From an uncultured Halobacteriales archaeon (lineage in GTDB: Archaea; Halobacteriota; Halobacteria; Halobacteriales; Haloarculaceae), in NCBI GenBank assembly GCA_964383875.1, contig CAYLJD010000001.1, forward strand, positions 3,299 to 67,298: a DNA stretch of 64,000 nt, given 5' to 3'. The first letter of the stretch is position 1, and each line of letters begins with the position of its first letter. Positions 53,749 to 62,533 of the stretch are shown here, piece by piece. The notes below the pieces were generated by a model that saw nothing but the letters and a program-made list of their open reading frames with translations, ran no database searches and was not told the origin of the DNA. Made by a program: the position numbers and the translations under genes.

Positions 53749-53758
53749 AATATATTTT
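53749..53758 (+). promoter_or_regulatory. TATA-like box for the 2-oxoacid dehydrogenase operon
   Basis: The element aatatatttt sits within an AT-rich island (53720-53760), centred about 29 nt upstream of ATG 53783. Confidence 0.35.
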
Positions 53759-53782
53759 TCCACGCTCGCTGACCGTACTGGC

Positions 53783-54919
53783 ATGGCACGGTGGGACGAA
53801 CAGCGACCGAGGGAGGAATTCTTCAGAATCCTCGCCCCGGACGGCGAGGTACAGGCAGATCCCCCAGATCTGGACGAGGAAATGTTGGTGCGGCTGTACC
53901 AGACGCTCGTCGCGTCGCGAGCGTTGGACGAGAAGACGCTCAGCATGCAGCGCCGTGGCGAGATCAGCATCATCGCGAGAAGTACCGGCGAGGAGGCCAC
54001 GCCCCTCGGCGCGGCGGCCGCACTCGAACCGGGAGACTGGTGTTTCCCCTCCTACCGCCAGGCACCGGCGTTACTCTACTGGGGTGCCTCGATGGCCCGC
54101 GCCATCGCGAATCTGATGGGGGCCGAACCGGAGACCATCGACGAGCACCTCCCGGTACCCGAGGAAGAGATGCCGCCGGTCAACTTCACGCCAATATACG
54201 TCCCGCTCGCAGTGAACGTGACGAACGCTGTCGGATCGGCCATGACCGACCGGTTCGACGGATCAGACGCGGTTTCACTCTCGTTCATCGGCGACGGGTC
54301 TACCAGCCAGGGCGACTTCCACGAGGCACTCAACTTTGCGGGTGTCTTCGAGGCCCCGGCCGTGACGATCTGTCAGAACAACCAGTGGGCCATCTCCGTG
54401 CCGGCCCACCGCCAAACCGCTGCGGACACGTTCGCGCAGAAAGCCGAGGCCCACGGGGTCCCACACGAGCGCGTCGACGGGAACGACGTGCTTGCGGTCT
54501 ACCAGAAGACGAGGGAGGCAGTCGAACGTGCCCGTGCTGGAGAGGGGCCGACATTCATCGAGTGTGTCACCTACCGGATGGTCGAGCACAACACGGCAGA
54601 CGAGGAAAGCATCTACCGCACCGAGGAGGAGCGAGACTTCTGGGCGAACCGCGATCCGATCGACCGCTTCGAGACGTACCTCATGGACCAGGACGTTCTC
54701 GACGACGAGGCCGTCGACTCGATCCACACGTCGATCGACGAAGAAATCCAAGACGCCGTCAACCGCGCCCGCGAGGTGCCTGTGTCCGATCCACTGACCA
54801 TGTTCGAGAACCACCTGCACGTCGAGTCCTGGAACCGACGCCACCAACGACAGGAGCTCCGCGCGGAGCGCGATGGGCGTAATCCGTTTACCGACTTCAC
54901 GGGGGAGGGTCTCGAATGA
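53783..54919 (+). CDS. 2-oxoacid dehydrogenase E1 component, alpha subunit (TPP-dependent)
   Basis: The TPP-binding motif is FIGDGSTSQGDFHEALNFAGVFEAPAVTICQNNQWAIS. ECVTYRMVEHNTAD is also present. Confidence 0.88.
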   Translation: MARWDEQRPREEFFRILAPDGEVQADPPDLDEEMLVRLYQTLVASRALDEKTLSMQRRGEISIIARSTGEEATPLGAAAALEPGDWCFPSYRQAPALLYWGASMARAIANLMGAEPETIDEHLPVPEEEMPPVNFTPIYVPLAVNVTNAVGSAMTDRFDGSDAVSLSFIGDGSTSQGDFHEALNFAGVFEAPAVTICQNNQWAISVPAHRQTAADTFAQKAEAHGVPHERVDGNDVLAVYQKTREAVERARAGEGPTFIECVTYRMVEHNTADEESIYRTEEERDFWANRDPIDRFETYLMDQDVLDDEAVDSIHTSIDEEIQDAVNRAREVPVSDPLTMFENHLHVESWNRRHQRQELRAERDGRNPFTDFTGEGLE

Positions 54920-55926
54920 GTAGTCTCTCCAATACGGAATCGCCCGAACAGACCGAGGAGATGAACATCGTCACGTCCGTCAACCACACCCTGGCTCAGG
55001 AGATGCGACGGGACGAGACGATGCGGATCACGGGCTACGACGTTGGGCCGATCGGTGGTGTCTACCGCGCCACCGAGGGCCTCCTCGAGGAGTTCGGTGA
55101 GGACCGTGTCATCGATACGCCGCTCTCGGAGAATGGCATCATCGGCACGGCCGTCGGCATGGCCATGCGAGGCGAGACCGTCGTCCCCGAGATCCAGTTT
55201 ATGGGCTTTTTCTACCCCGCCTTCGGCCAGTTCATGTACACGCTCGTGAAGATGTACGAGCGATCAGGGGGCCAGCTCGAGGTGCCGCTGACGGTCCGCA
55301 TCCCCTACGGCGGTGGCATCAAGTCGAGCGAGTACCACTCGGAGTCCACGGAGACGTTCTTCGTGCACACGCCCGGGGTGCGTGTGGTCGTCCCGAGCAC
55401 ACCAGCGGAGACGAAGGGCCTCCTCGCTGCGAGTATCCGGGATCCCGATCCCGTGATGTTCCTCGAGCCGAAGAAGATCTACCGAGGGTCGCGCGAACCG
55501 GTCCCGACCGAGCCCTACACCCTGCCGCTCGACGAGGCCAGAGTCGTCAGGGAGGGAGCAGACGTCACGGTTTTTGCATGGGGTGCAATGGTCCGCCACG
55601 CAGTGACGGCGGCGGACACAGTCGACCACGACGTCGAGGTCGTCGACCTCCGGACGCTTTCGCCCCTCGACGTAGAGACCATCCTCACATCGGCAAAGAA
55701 GACCGGACGGGTCGTGATCCTGCACGAAGCCCGGCGGACACTCGGTCTCGGGGCCGAAATTTCGGCACTCATCAACGAGTACGCGTTGGATCACCTGCAG
55801 GCTCCGATCAAACGGGCCACCGGCTTCGACGTCCACTTCCCCGGCCACGAAACGGAGGACGCCTACCTGCCGGATGCCGACCGTGCGACGTACGCGATCG
55901 AGGCGGTGATGGACTATGCGTTCTGA
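54916..55926 (+). CDS. 2-oxoacid dehydrogenase E1 component, beta subunit
   Basis: The ATG overlaps the alpha-subunit stop (ATGA). Motifs are FGEDRVIDTPLSENGIIGTAVGMA, IQFMGF and DPDPVMFLEPKKIY. Confidence 0.9.
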   Translation: MSSLSNTESPEQTEEMNIVTSVNHTLAQEMRRDETMRITGYDVGPIGGVYRATEGLLEEFGEDRVIDTPLSENGIIGTAVGMAMRGETVVPEIQFMGFFYPAFGQFMYTLVKMYERSGGQLEVPLTVRIPYGGGIKSSEYHSESTETFFVHTPGVRVVVPSTPAETKGLLAASIRDPDPVMFLEPKKIYRGSREPVPTEPYTLPLDEARVVREGADVTVFAWGAMVRHAVTAADTVDHDVEVVDLRTLSPLDVETILTSAKKTGRVVILHEARRTLGLGAEISALINEYALDHLQAPIKRATGFDVHFPGHETEDAYLPDADRATYAIEAVMDYAF

Positions 55927-55986
55927 CGTGTCCCCACCGCTGACAGGCGGACAGACGGCCGAGACGCCGGAACGGAGGGGTGTCTG

Positions 55987-57297
55987 ATGGCCCGCTTCGA
56001 GTTCCGGCTCCCGGACCCCGGCGAAGGCCTGACGGAGGCCGAGATTGTCGAGTGGTACGTCGAGCCGGGCCAGGAGATCGAGGAGGACAAACCGCTGGTC
56101 GACGTCGAAACCGACAAGGCCGTCGTCGAGATTCCGGCGCCCTGCACCGGGACGGTCGAATCGTTGGCGGCCGAGCCCGGCGACGTGGTCGCGGTCGGCG
56201 ACGTGGTGGCCGTCTTCGAGACCGAGAATCCGCCTCGCCAGCAGAGCTTCGATACGGACGCCGGGGCGGCGTCCGCAGACACCGACACCACCAGCCAGCA
56301 GGCCGCGACCCACCAAGGCGCCACGGAAGCGGCGGAGGCAACTCCTGCCATCACGCGGGTCGATGCCGCGACCGAGTCCGAGCCGGAACCTGGCGACGGT
56401 CGCGTGTTCGCTGCGCCAGCGACGCGGCGGTACGCCCGCGAACAGGGCGTGGACATCGCCCAGGTCGAGGGGACGGGACCGAGTGGACGGGTCCTCCGCG
56501 AGGACATCGACCGGCATCTGGAGGAATCACCGGCACCGGCGTCATCACAACCCGAGGCAGACGTGGACAGCCCTCCGCCGGGCTCGCCTGCCGAGGAGCG
56601 GGAGGTCACGAGACCGCTGACGGGCGTCCGCCGGACCATCGCGGAGAACATGACCCGGTCGAAGCGCGAAATCCCCCACGTCACCTCCGGATACGAGGCA
56701 GATGCCGAGGAGCTCGTCGGCCTCAAACGTCGCCTCGACGAGAAACACGAGGATGTCCGCATCACCTACACAGCAATTCTCGTCAAGGCCGTCGTCCCCG
56801 CCTTGCAGGAGTTCCCCCTCGTCAACGCCTCGGTCGACATGGCGGCAGAGGAGATCACCGAGAAACACTACTACAACGTGGGCGTCGCCACACACACCGG
56901 CGACGGCCTCATCGTCCCGGTGCTCAAACACGTCGATCAGAAGTCGATCGTCCAGATCGCCGAGGAACTCCAAACCCGGGTCGAGGAGGCACGCGACCGC
57001 TCGATCGACCCGGCGGACCTCCAGGGTGGAACGTTCACCATCACGAACACCGGCAGCCACGGCGGCCACGGGACGTTCGGCACGCCGATCATCAACCACC
57101 CGGAAGCGGCCATCATGGGCGTCGGACGCATCCAAGAAAAGCCCGTCGCCGTCGACGGCGAAGTCGAAGTGCGAGAACGGCTCGGGTTGACGCTCTCGTT
57201 CGATCACCGTCTCATCGACGGCGTGACTGCCGGCCAGTTCATGGAAACCGTCATCGAAGGGATCGAGGACACGGATATCCTCCTCTCGCGCCTGTAG
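55987..57297 (+). CDS. 2-oxoacid dehydrogenase E2 dihydrolipoamide acyltransferase (single lipoyl domain)
   Basis: The lipoyl-Lys motif is [15 protein letters not shown]. An Ala/Pro/Thr linker follows, then a peripheral-subunit-binding motif ([27 protein letters not shown]). The catalytic motif is SFDHRLIDG. Confidence 0.9.
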   Translation: MARFEFRLPDPGEGLTEAEIVEWYVEPGQEIEEDKPLVDVETDKAVVEIPAPCTGTVESLAAEPGDVVAVGDVVAVFETENPPRQQSFDTDAGAASADTDTTSQQAATHQGATEAAEATPAITRVDAATESEPEPGDGRVFAAPATRRYAREQGVDIAQVEGTGPSGRVLREDIDRHLEESPAPASSQPEADVDSPPPGSPAEEREVTRPLTGVRRTIAENMTRSKREIPHVTSGYEADAEELVGLKRRLDEKHEDVRITYTAILVKAVVPALQEFPLVNASVDMAAEEITEKHYYNVGVATHTGDGLIVPVLKHVDQKSIVQIAEELQTRVEEARDRSIDPADLQGGTFTITNTGSHGGHGTFGTPIINHPEAAIMGVGRIQEKPVAVDGEVEVRERLGLTLSFDHRLIDGVTAGQFMETVIEGIEDTDILLSRL

Positions 57298-57336
57298 CGG
57301 TCCTCGCCCTCGACCGAACAGGCGGTATTGGATCGA

Positions 57337-58053
57337 CTACGCGATGCCGATGTAGGCGTCGCGGACGTACTCGTTTTCCCGGAATTCCTCGGCCGTCCCG
57401 GACAACTCGATCGTCCCTGTCTCGAGCAGGTAGAGTCGTTCGGCGTGAGTCATCGCGAACGTCGAGTTCTGTTCGGCCAGAAGGATGGTCAATCCCGCGT
57501 CCTGGAGTTCCTCGAGTGCTTCGCTGATGTCCTCGATGATGACCGGGGCCAGCCCCTGGGTCGGTTCGTCGAGGATCAGCAGGTCCGGATCGCCCACCAG
57601 CGCCCGGCCGATGGCGAGCATCTGTTGTTCGCCCCCGCTCATCGTGTGGGCCTCCTGCTCGCGACGCTCGTCAAGGCGGGGAAACAGATCGTAGACGTAC
57701 GCCAGACGATCGTCCAGCTTGTCCCGTCCGAGCCGGTGACCACCCATCAGGAGGTTCTGGTGGACGGAGAAAAACGGATAGAGATCACGCTCTTCCGTGC
57801 AATAGATCAGTCCCATCTCGACGATTTCCCGCTCCGCTTTCGGCCCAAGGTCCTCACCACGGAACCGGATGGACCCGTCGAAGGGAATGAGCCCGCTGAT
57901 GGCGTCAAGCATCGTCGTCTTACCGGCCCCGTTCGGACCGATCACGCTCACGATCTCCCCCTCGTCGACGTGCAGGGACACCCCATCGAGGGCCTGTGAC
58001 TTCGCATAGAAGACGTCCAGGTCCTCGATATCGAGAAGCGGCTCGCCCGACAT
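57337..58053 (-). CDS. livF: branched-chain amino acid ABC transporter ATP-binding protein (LivF-type)
   Basis: Walker A GPNGAGKTT, signature MSGGEQQMLAIGRAL and Walker B LLILDEPT. It is the last gene of the liv-type operon. Confidence 0.88.
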   Translation of the reverse strand: MSGEPLLDIEDLDVFYAKSQALDGVSLHVDEGEIVSVIGPNGAGKTTMLDAISGLIPFDGSIRFRGEDLGPKAEREIVEMGLIYCTEERDLYPFFSVHQNLLMGGHRLGRDKLDDRLAYVYDLFPRLDERREQEAHTMSGGEQQMLAIGRALVGDPDLLILDEPTQGLAPVIIEDISEALEELQDAGLTILLAEQNSTFAMTHAERLYLLETGTIELSGTAEEFRENEYVRDAYIGIA

Positions 58054-58788
58054 CTAGACCTCCCCCGCCAGATACGCGCTCTGGACCCGTTCGTCGTCGG
58101 CGATCTCCTCGGGCGTGCCGTCGGCGATCTTTCGACCCTCGTTGAGGACAATGACGCGGTCGACGAGGGCCATGAGTCCCCGCATGTTGTGGTCCACAAC
58201 GACCAGTGTCATCCCCTCCTCGCTGAACGCGCGGATCTCGTCGGAGAGATCGCGGATCTCGGACTGGTTGAGCCCGGCGAACGGCTCGTCGAGGAGGAGC
58301 ACGTCCGGCTCGGTGGCGATGGCCTTCGCGATCTCGAGGCGACGCGTATCGGCGTGTGGGATCGACCCCGGCAACGCGTCGAGTTTGTCGGCAAGGCCGA
58401 CGCGCTCGGCGATCGCCACGATGTCGTCGTGGTCGCCGCCGCCGTTGAAGGCAAACGGGCTGTCGGGCAGCGTAAACAGCCTGATGTTGTCTTCGACCGT
58501 CATGGTCCCGATGGGATTCGACTCCTGGGAGACCCGAGCGAGCCCCTGCTTGACGATCTCGTGCGTGTCCCAGTCGGTCACGTCCTCGCCGTGGAGGTGA
58601 ACCGAGCCGGCAGTCACGTCGTAGACGCTCATGATACAGTTGAAGACGGTGCTCTTTCCGGCCCCGTTTGGACCGATGAACCCGAGAATCTCGTCGTCGT
58701 GGACCGAGAACGACAGGTCGTCGACCGCCGTCAAGCCACCGAACTGCTTCGAGAGTCCTTCGATTCGCAGCGGGGCAGCCGCGCTCAT
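58054..58788 (-). CDS. livG: branched-chain amino acid ABC transporter ATP-binding protein (LivG-type)
   Basis: The motif FGGLTAVDDLSF, Walker A GPNGAGKST and Walker B LLLDEPFAGL are present. Its stop directly abuts the livF ATG. Confidence 0.88.
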   Translation of the reverse strand: MSAAAPLRIEGLSKQFGGLTAVDDLSFSVHDDEILGFIGPNGAGKSTVFNCIMSVYDVTAGSVHLHGEDVTDWDTHEIVKQGLARVSQESNPIGTMTVEDNIRLFTLPDSPFAFNGGGDHDDIVAIAERVGLADKLDALPGSIPHADTRRLEIAKAIATEPDVLLLDEPFAGLNQSEIRDLSDEIRAFSEEGMTLVVVDHNMRGLMALVDRVIVLNEGRKIADGTPEEIADDERVQSAYLAGEV

Positions 58789-59801
58789 TCGGAATCACCG
58801 CCGCCGAGCCGACCGAGGAGGTTCCAGAGACGGGTGAAGATGCCCTGTGGCGAGGTCACGAGCAGGATCAACACGACGGCCCACAGGGCGACCCAGCGGG
58901 CGTTCGGCCCGAGGAACGCCCGGAACAGCTCGTCACGCAGGAAGATGAGGAGGTAGGCCCCGCCCACCGGACCGAGGATGGTGCCCATGCCGCCCACCGC
59001 GGCGATCGCGATCATCTCGATGCTGCGGTCGACGATCAGGAACGCGATCGGCTCGACGTTCCCGAAGAAGTGTGCCAGCAGTGCTCCGCCGATACCCATC
59101 GGCACCGCACTGAAGACGAATCCCCAGAGCTTGAACTTCGTCGTGTCGAGACCGGCGGCCTCGACGGCTGGTTCGTTCTGTCCGATGGCCCTGAGCACCA
59201 TGCCCACGTTCGACCGACTGATGTAGAGGAGGATCGTTGCGATAATCAACGCGGGGATCAGCGTGTAGTAGAACATCGTCGTGTTGTCGAAGGTCAACAC
59301 GGACACCGTGCTGATGCCCATCTCCCCGTTCGTGTACCCCGAAAAGATGTAGACCGCCTTGGTCGCGATCAGCACCGAGACGAACGTGAGGAGCGAGAAG
59401 TACGGCCCGCTCAGGCGCAGTGATGGCAAGGCGAACACCAGTCCGGCGAGGACGGCCACGGCCACGGAAATCGGGAACGTGATGTACATCGCCATGTTCG
59501 GGTCGATGTTGAACGTGAGTAACGCCGTCGTGTAGGCGGCGAGGCCCGAGAGGAACGAGTGGCCGAAGCTGATGTAGTTCGTGTGCCCGCTGATGATGTC
59601 CCAGCTGACCGCGAAGATGACCCAGATGTTCGCGAACGCGAATACGTAGGTCCAGGCAGGAGCCCAGAACGGCAGCGTGACGAGGCTCACCAGCCCCAGC
59701 CCGAGGACACCGAGCTGATAGTTGTTTGTCTCCGCGTCGAACACCCGTCCGAGGACGTGTCGGGATGGCGCCTCCTCCACCCCGGTCGCTGATTTACTCA
59801 A
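58785..59801 (-). CDS. livM: branched-chain amino acid ABC transporter permease (LivM-type)
   Basis: A multi-TM LivM-like permease. The track start at 59801 is a TTG that overlaps livH by 8 nt. A GTG at 59780 is an alternative start. Its stop overlaps the livG ATG (ATGA). Confidence 0.82.
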   Translation of the reverse strand: MSKSATGVEEAPSRHVLGRVFDAETNNYQLGVLGLGLVSLVTLPFWAPAWTYVFAFANIWVIFAVSWDIISGHTNYISFGHSFLSGLAAYTTALLTFNIDPNMAMYITFPISVAVAVLAGLVFALPSLRLSGPYFSLLTFVSVLIATKAVYIFSGYTNGEMGISTVSVLTFDNTTMFYYTLIPALIIATILLYISRSNVGMVLRAIGQNEPAVEAAGLDTTKFKLWGFVFSAVPMGIGGALLAHFFGNVEPIAFLIVDRSIEMIAIAAVGGMGTILGPVGGAYLLIFLRDELFRAFLGPNARWVALWAVVLILLVTSPQGIFTRLWNLLGRLGGGDSE

Positions 59802-60651
59802 TGAACTCCCTCCCGAAGAGGCCCTGTGGTCGAACGATGATGATCACGATGAGCAGCAGGAGTGCGAACATCCCGCGCCAATCCGCCCCGACGATGGCAA
59901 CAGTGGTCGTCTCGAGGTACCCGATGAGGTACGCGGCGATGATCGTCCCCTTGATACTCCCGACGCCACCGACGGTGACGATGATGAACGCCAGTCCGAG
60001 CGCGTTGATCCACATCGTGGGGCTCGTCGACTGCAGTGCCCCGAGGAACACGCCCGAGAACCCGGCGAAGGCGCCGGCAACCAGCCACGTGGCGGCGTTC
60101 ACGTAGAGAACGTTGACGCCGTTCAGCTTCGCGCCTTTCTCCGACATCGACGTCGCCAGAATCGACCGGCCCAGCTTCGTGCGCCGGACGAACAGGTACA
60201 GCAGCCCGAGTGCCACCCACGACAGGACGAACCCCGCGATCTGGTAGGTTCTGACGCGGGTCCCGGCGATCGGAATGCCACCCGAGACGATCGGGTTCAG
60301 CGACCGCGGGGCGAGCGAGAACTGGATCGTCAGCAACTGCTGGACGATCAGCGCCACAACCACGGTCACCAGGAACGTGATGACGACGTCGTGTTCGGTG
60401 AAGCGCACAAGCCCGAGATAGAGTATTAGTGACGCGAGACCAGCCACGGCAATCGCCCCGAGGAACGCGACCCACTCGGGTGCTGCGACGTTGATAACGA
60501 GATAGCCGAATGCGCCGATCATGATCAGGGCGCCATGGGCCAGGTTGATCACACCCCGGACGCCGTAGATCAGGGAGAAGCCGATGGCGATGAGGGCGTA
60601 GACCGAACTGATCATCGCGCCGGTGAACAGTATTGTCAGAACGTCTACCAT
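59794..60651 (-). CDS. livH: branched-chain amino acid ABC transporter permease (LivH-type)
   Basis: A multi-TM protein with the N-terminal pattern GAMISSVYALIAIGFSLIYGVRGVINLAHG, typical of LivH. Confidence 0.88.
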   Translation of the reverse strand: MVDVLTILFTGAMISSVYALIAIGFSLIYGVRGVINLAHGALIMIGAFGYLVINVAAPEWVAFLGAIAVAGLASLILYLGLVRFTEHDVVITFLVTVVVALIVQQLLTIQFSLAPRSLNPIVSGGIPIAGTRVRTYQIAGFVLSWVALGLLYLFVRRTKLGRSILATSMSEKGAKLNGVNVLYVNAATWLVAGAFAGFSGVFLGALQSTSPTMWINALGLAFIIVTVGGVGSIKGTIIAAYLIGYLETTTVAIVGADWRGMFALLLLIVIIIVRPQGLFGREFIE

Positions 60652-60714
60652 ATACCGGCTCCCGATCCGCCTGTGATCGTGTCGCGGACTGACAGTCCCA
60701 TGAGTGTATTCCGG

Positions 60715-62121
60715 TCAGGACATCCACTGGGGTGGCTGGTGGTCGCCGGTGGCAAAGTCCTCCGGCCAGACGCACACCTTCGCGCCGTCGCCCTCGATCA
60801 TGTCGTTCTCCGCCTCCGACTGCCACTGAACCACGGGGAATGGCGCGAGATCGGCGCCGTACTTCACGTCGTGTGGATACTCCTCGTCCGGGCCGTAGAA
60901 CTGGATTTGCCCGGCGGTGCCGGTGTAGTCCGTCGCTTCCAGTTCGGCCACGATGTCGTCGAGATTGTTCTCGTAGTCGACGGTGCCGGCGGCTTCGGCC
61001 GCTTCCTTGAAGATGAACCCCGCGTCGTACGTCCCGAATCCCATGTACATCGGAAGCGTTGGACGTGAATCGAATCGCTCGGCGTAGGTCTCCGTGAACG
61101 GAATCGTCTTCTCGGTGACCGGGGCCGTCCCACCTGCCCCGGATTCGGCGGTCGTCTCGTAGAGACACCCGCCGTTGGTGTCCTCCCAGTACTGGGGCGA
61201 CATCGATGCCACGTTGATCCCTTCCTGGGCGAACGGGTACTCGTTGGCCCCCCACGTGGAGAGCATGCCCGTCCCACTGATGTGGGAGATTGCCTTGATC
61301 ATCGAGCGGGAGCCGGTCTCCTCCACGGAGTCGAGAATGGGTGTGAAGTCAGTCGTGTCAGGCGAGATCCGGCGGTTCATCTCGACGCTCAGCCCGTGTT
61401 CGTTCTCCATGCGGTCGGCGGTCCGATCGGTGACCGGCTGAGTCCATGCCGCGTCCTCGACGATGACGGAGAAACTGTTCCAGCCGTGCGTATCGCTCAG
61501 GAACGCGGCGTAGTCCGCGAGGAGATCGGCCTGGAAGTCCGCATTCACCGGGTTGGGGCGGAAGATGTTCTTGTACGTGTCGTAGTCCGCCCCGACGAAC
61601 TCCTGGGTGATTCGCGGCGACGCCGATCCCGTGTCGAGGAACGGGACGTTCAGGTTCCCGACACGTTCCTCAATGCCGAGCATCGTCTCGCTGGCGAACG
61701 TCCCGCTGATCATCCGGACGTCCTCCTGGTTCACCCACTGTTGGACCAGCTGGTTCGCCTGGGACGGGCTCAACTGCGTGTCACCTTCGACGAGTTCGAC
61801 TTCCCGACCCAGTATGCCGCCCTCCTCGTTGAGCGCCTCGACCAAGAGCCGGGCACTTCGCATCGACCCCTGGCCCATGTCAAGCTGAACTGGGGCGAGG
61901 TGGCCGATTCGGATCGGTCCGCCACCTCCGCCTCCTCCGCCATCGCCACCGCCACCGCCGTCACCGCCACCGCCGCCGTCTCCGCCGTCCCCGCCAATAC
62001 AGCCGGCGACACCGGCTGCGAGCGCCGCGCCGCTCGTCGTCTTCAGGAACGTTCGACGATCGACGCCTGTGCTCCGACTCGATTTCTCCGAACCCCGGTT
62101 CCCGCCGTCGGTATCTGTCAT
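60715..62121 (-). CDS. ABC transporter substrate-binding lipoprotein (LivJ/type I periplasmic binding fold), Tat signal + Gly/Asp linker
   Basis: It has a twin-arginine signal (VDRRTFLKTTSGAALAAGVAGC) with a lipobox, and a 26-aa G/D tract. A Liv-type binding domain follows (IRIGHLAPV...). Confidence 0.85.
   Translation of the reverse strand: MTDTDGGNRGSEKSSRSTGVDRRTFLKTTSGAALAAGVAGCIGGDGGDGGGGGDGGGGGDGGGGGGGGPIRIGHLAPVQLDMGQGSMRSARLLVEALNEEGGILGREVELVEGDTQLSPSQANQLVQQWVNQEDVRMISGTFASETMLGIEERVGNLNVPFLDTGSASPRITQEFVGADYDTYKNIFRPNPVNADFQADLLADYAAFLSDTHGWNSFSVIVEDAAWTQPVTDRTADRMENEHGLSVEMNRRISPDTTDFTPILDSVEETGSRSMIKAISHISGTGMLSTWGANEYPFAQEGINVASMSPQYWEDTNGGCLYETTAESGAGGTAPVTEKTIPFTETYAERFDSRPTLPMYMGFGTYDAGFIFKEAAEAAGTVDYENNLDDIVAELEATDYTGTAGQIQFYGPDEEYPHDVKYGADLAPFPVVQWQSEAENDMIEGDGAKVCVWPEDFATGDHQPPQWMS
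61918..61995 (-). repeat. low-complexity GGN/GAC codon tract encoding GGDGGDGGGGGDGGGGGDGGGGGGGG
   Basis: The plus strand reads tcc gcc acc tcc gcc tcc tcc gcc atc gcc acc gcc acc gcc gtc acc gcc acc gcc gcc gtc tcc gcc gtc ccc gcc. This is near-periodic in 15-18 nt units and lies inside the substrate-binding protein gene. Confidence 0.8.
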
Positions 62122-62533
62122 AATATACCATGGGTAATGAAACCGCGTATCATAAATATACCGGCGGTCGTTTCGGCCGCTTCCGGACTGTTAGCGAACA
62201 GACTTCCACGTGGTGGTCCCGTGATTCTCGCAGTAGGCGGTGTCACGGGGGAGATATCGGAGACATTTCCAGAATTGTTTATCGTTTAACTCAGTTTATT
62301 TGTGAGAACGTACCGTGGGTGCACATCTCGCGTCAGGTGGGACACACCGCTCAACGCCAATTAGATGCGTACGAAGGTATTAATTATACGAGGTCTCACT
62401 AGGTCCGAGGAGGGGGATACGGTCTCCCGATCCCTCGCAAGCGCTCAGATGGATCCGTCGCGCGGGAGAAGAGAGGACTTTCACTACTGCCAAGATCGGT
62501 GGACGTGTTGTGAATAATGGGGAAACACGCCGC

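Noticed and set aside
59798-61255. 485-aa minus-strand ORF overlapping livH and the binding-protein gene in another frame
   Set aside because: It is an out-of-frame overlap with two strongly supported genes. The text is extremely Arg-rich. The same reasoning applies to 35626-37188(+), 43257-44687(+), 55264-56517(-) and 55980-57527(+).
61918-61995. Tandem repeat or CRISPR-like array
   Set aside because: The periodicity comes from Gly/Asp codons inside a clear ORF. There is no spacer-repeat organisation.
62130-62402. 90-aa ORF in the spacer downstream of secY
   Set aside because: Its codons end mostly in A/T (aat, aaa, tat, cgt, aga, tta), and the protein is basic. Both features are unlike genuine genes here.
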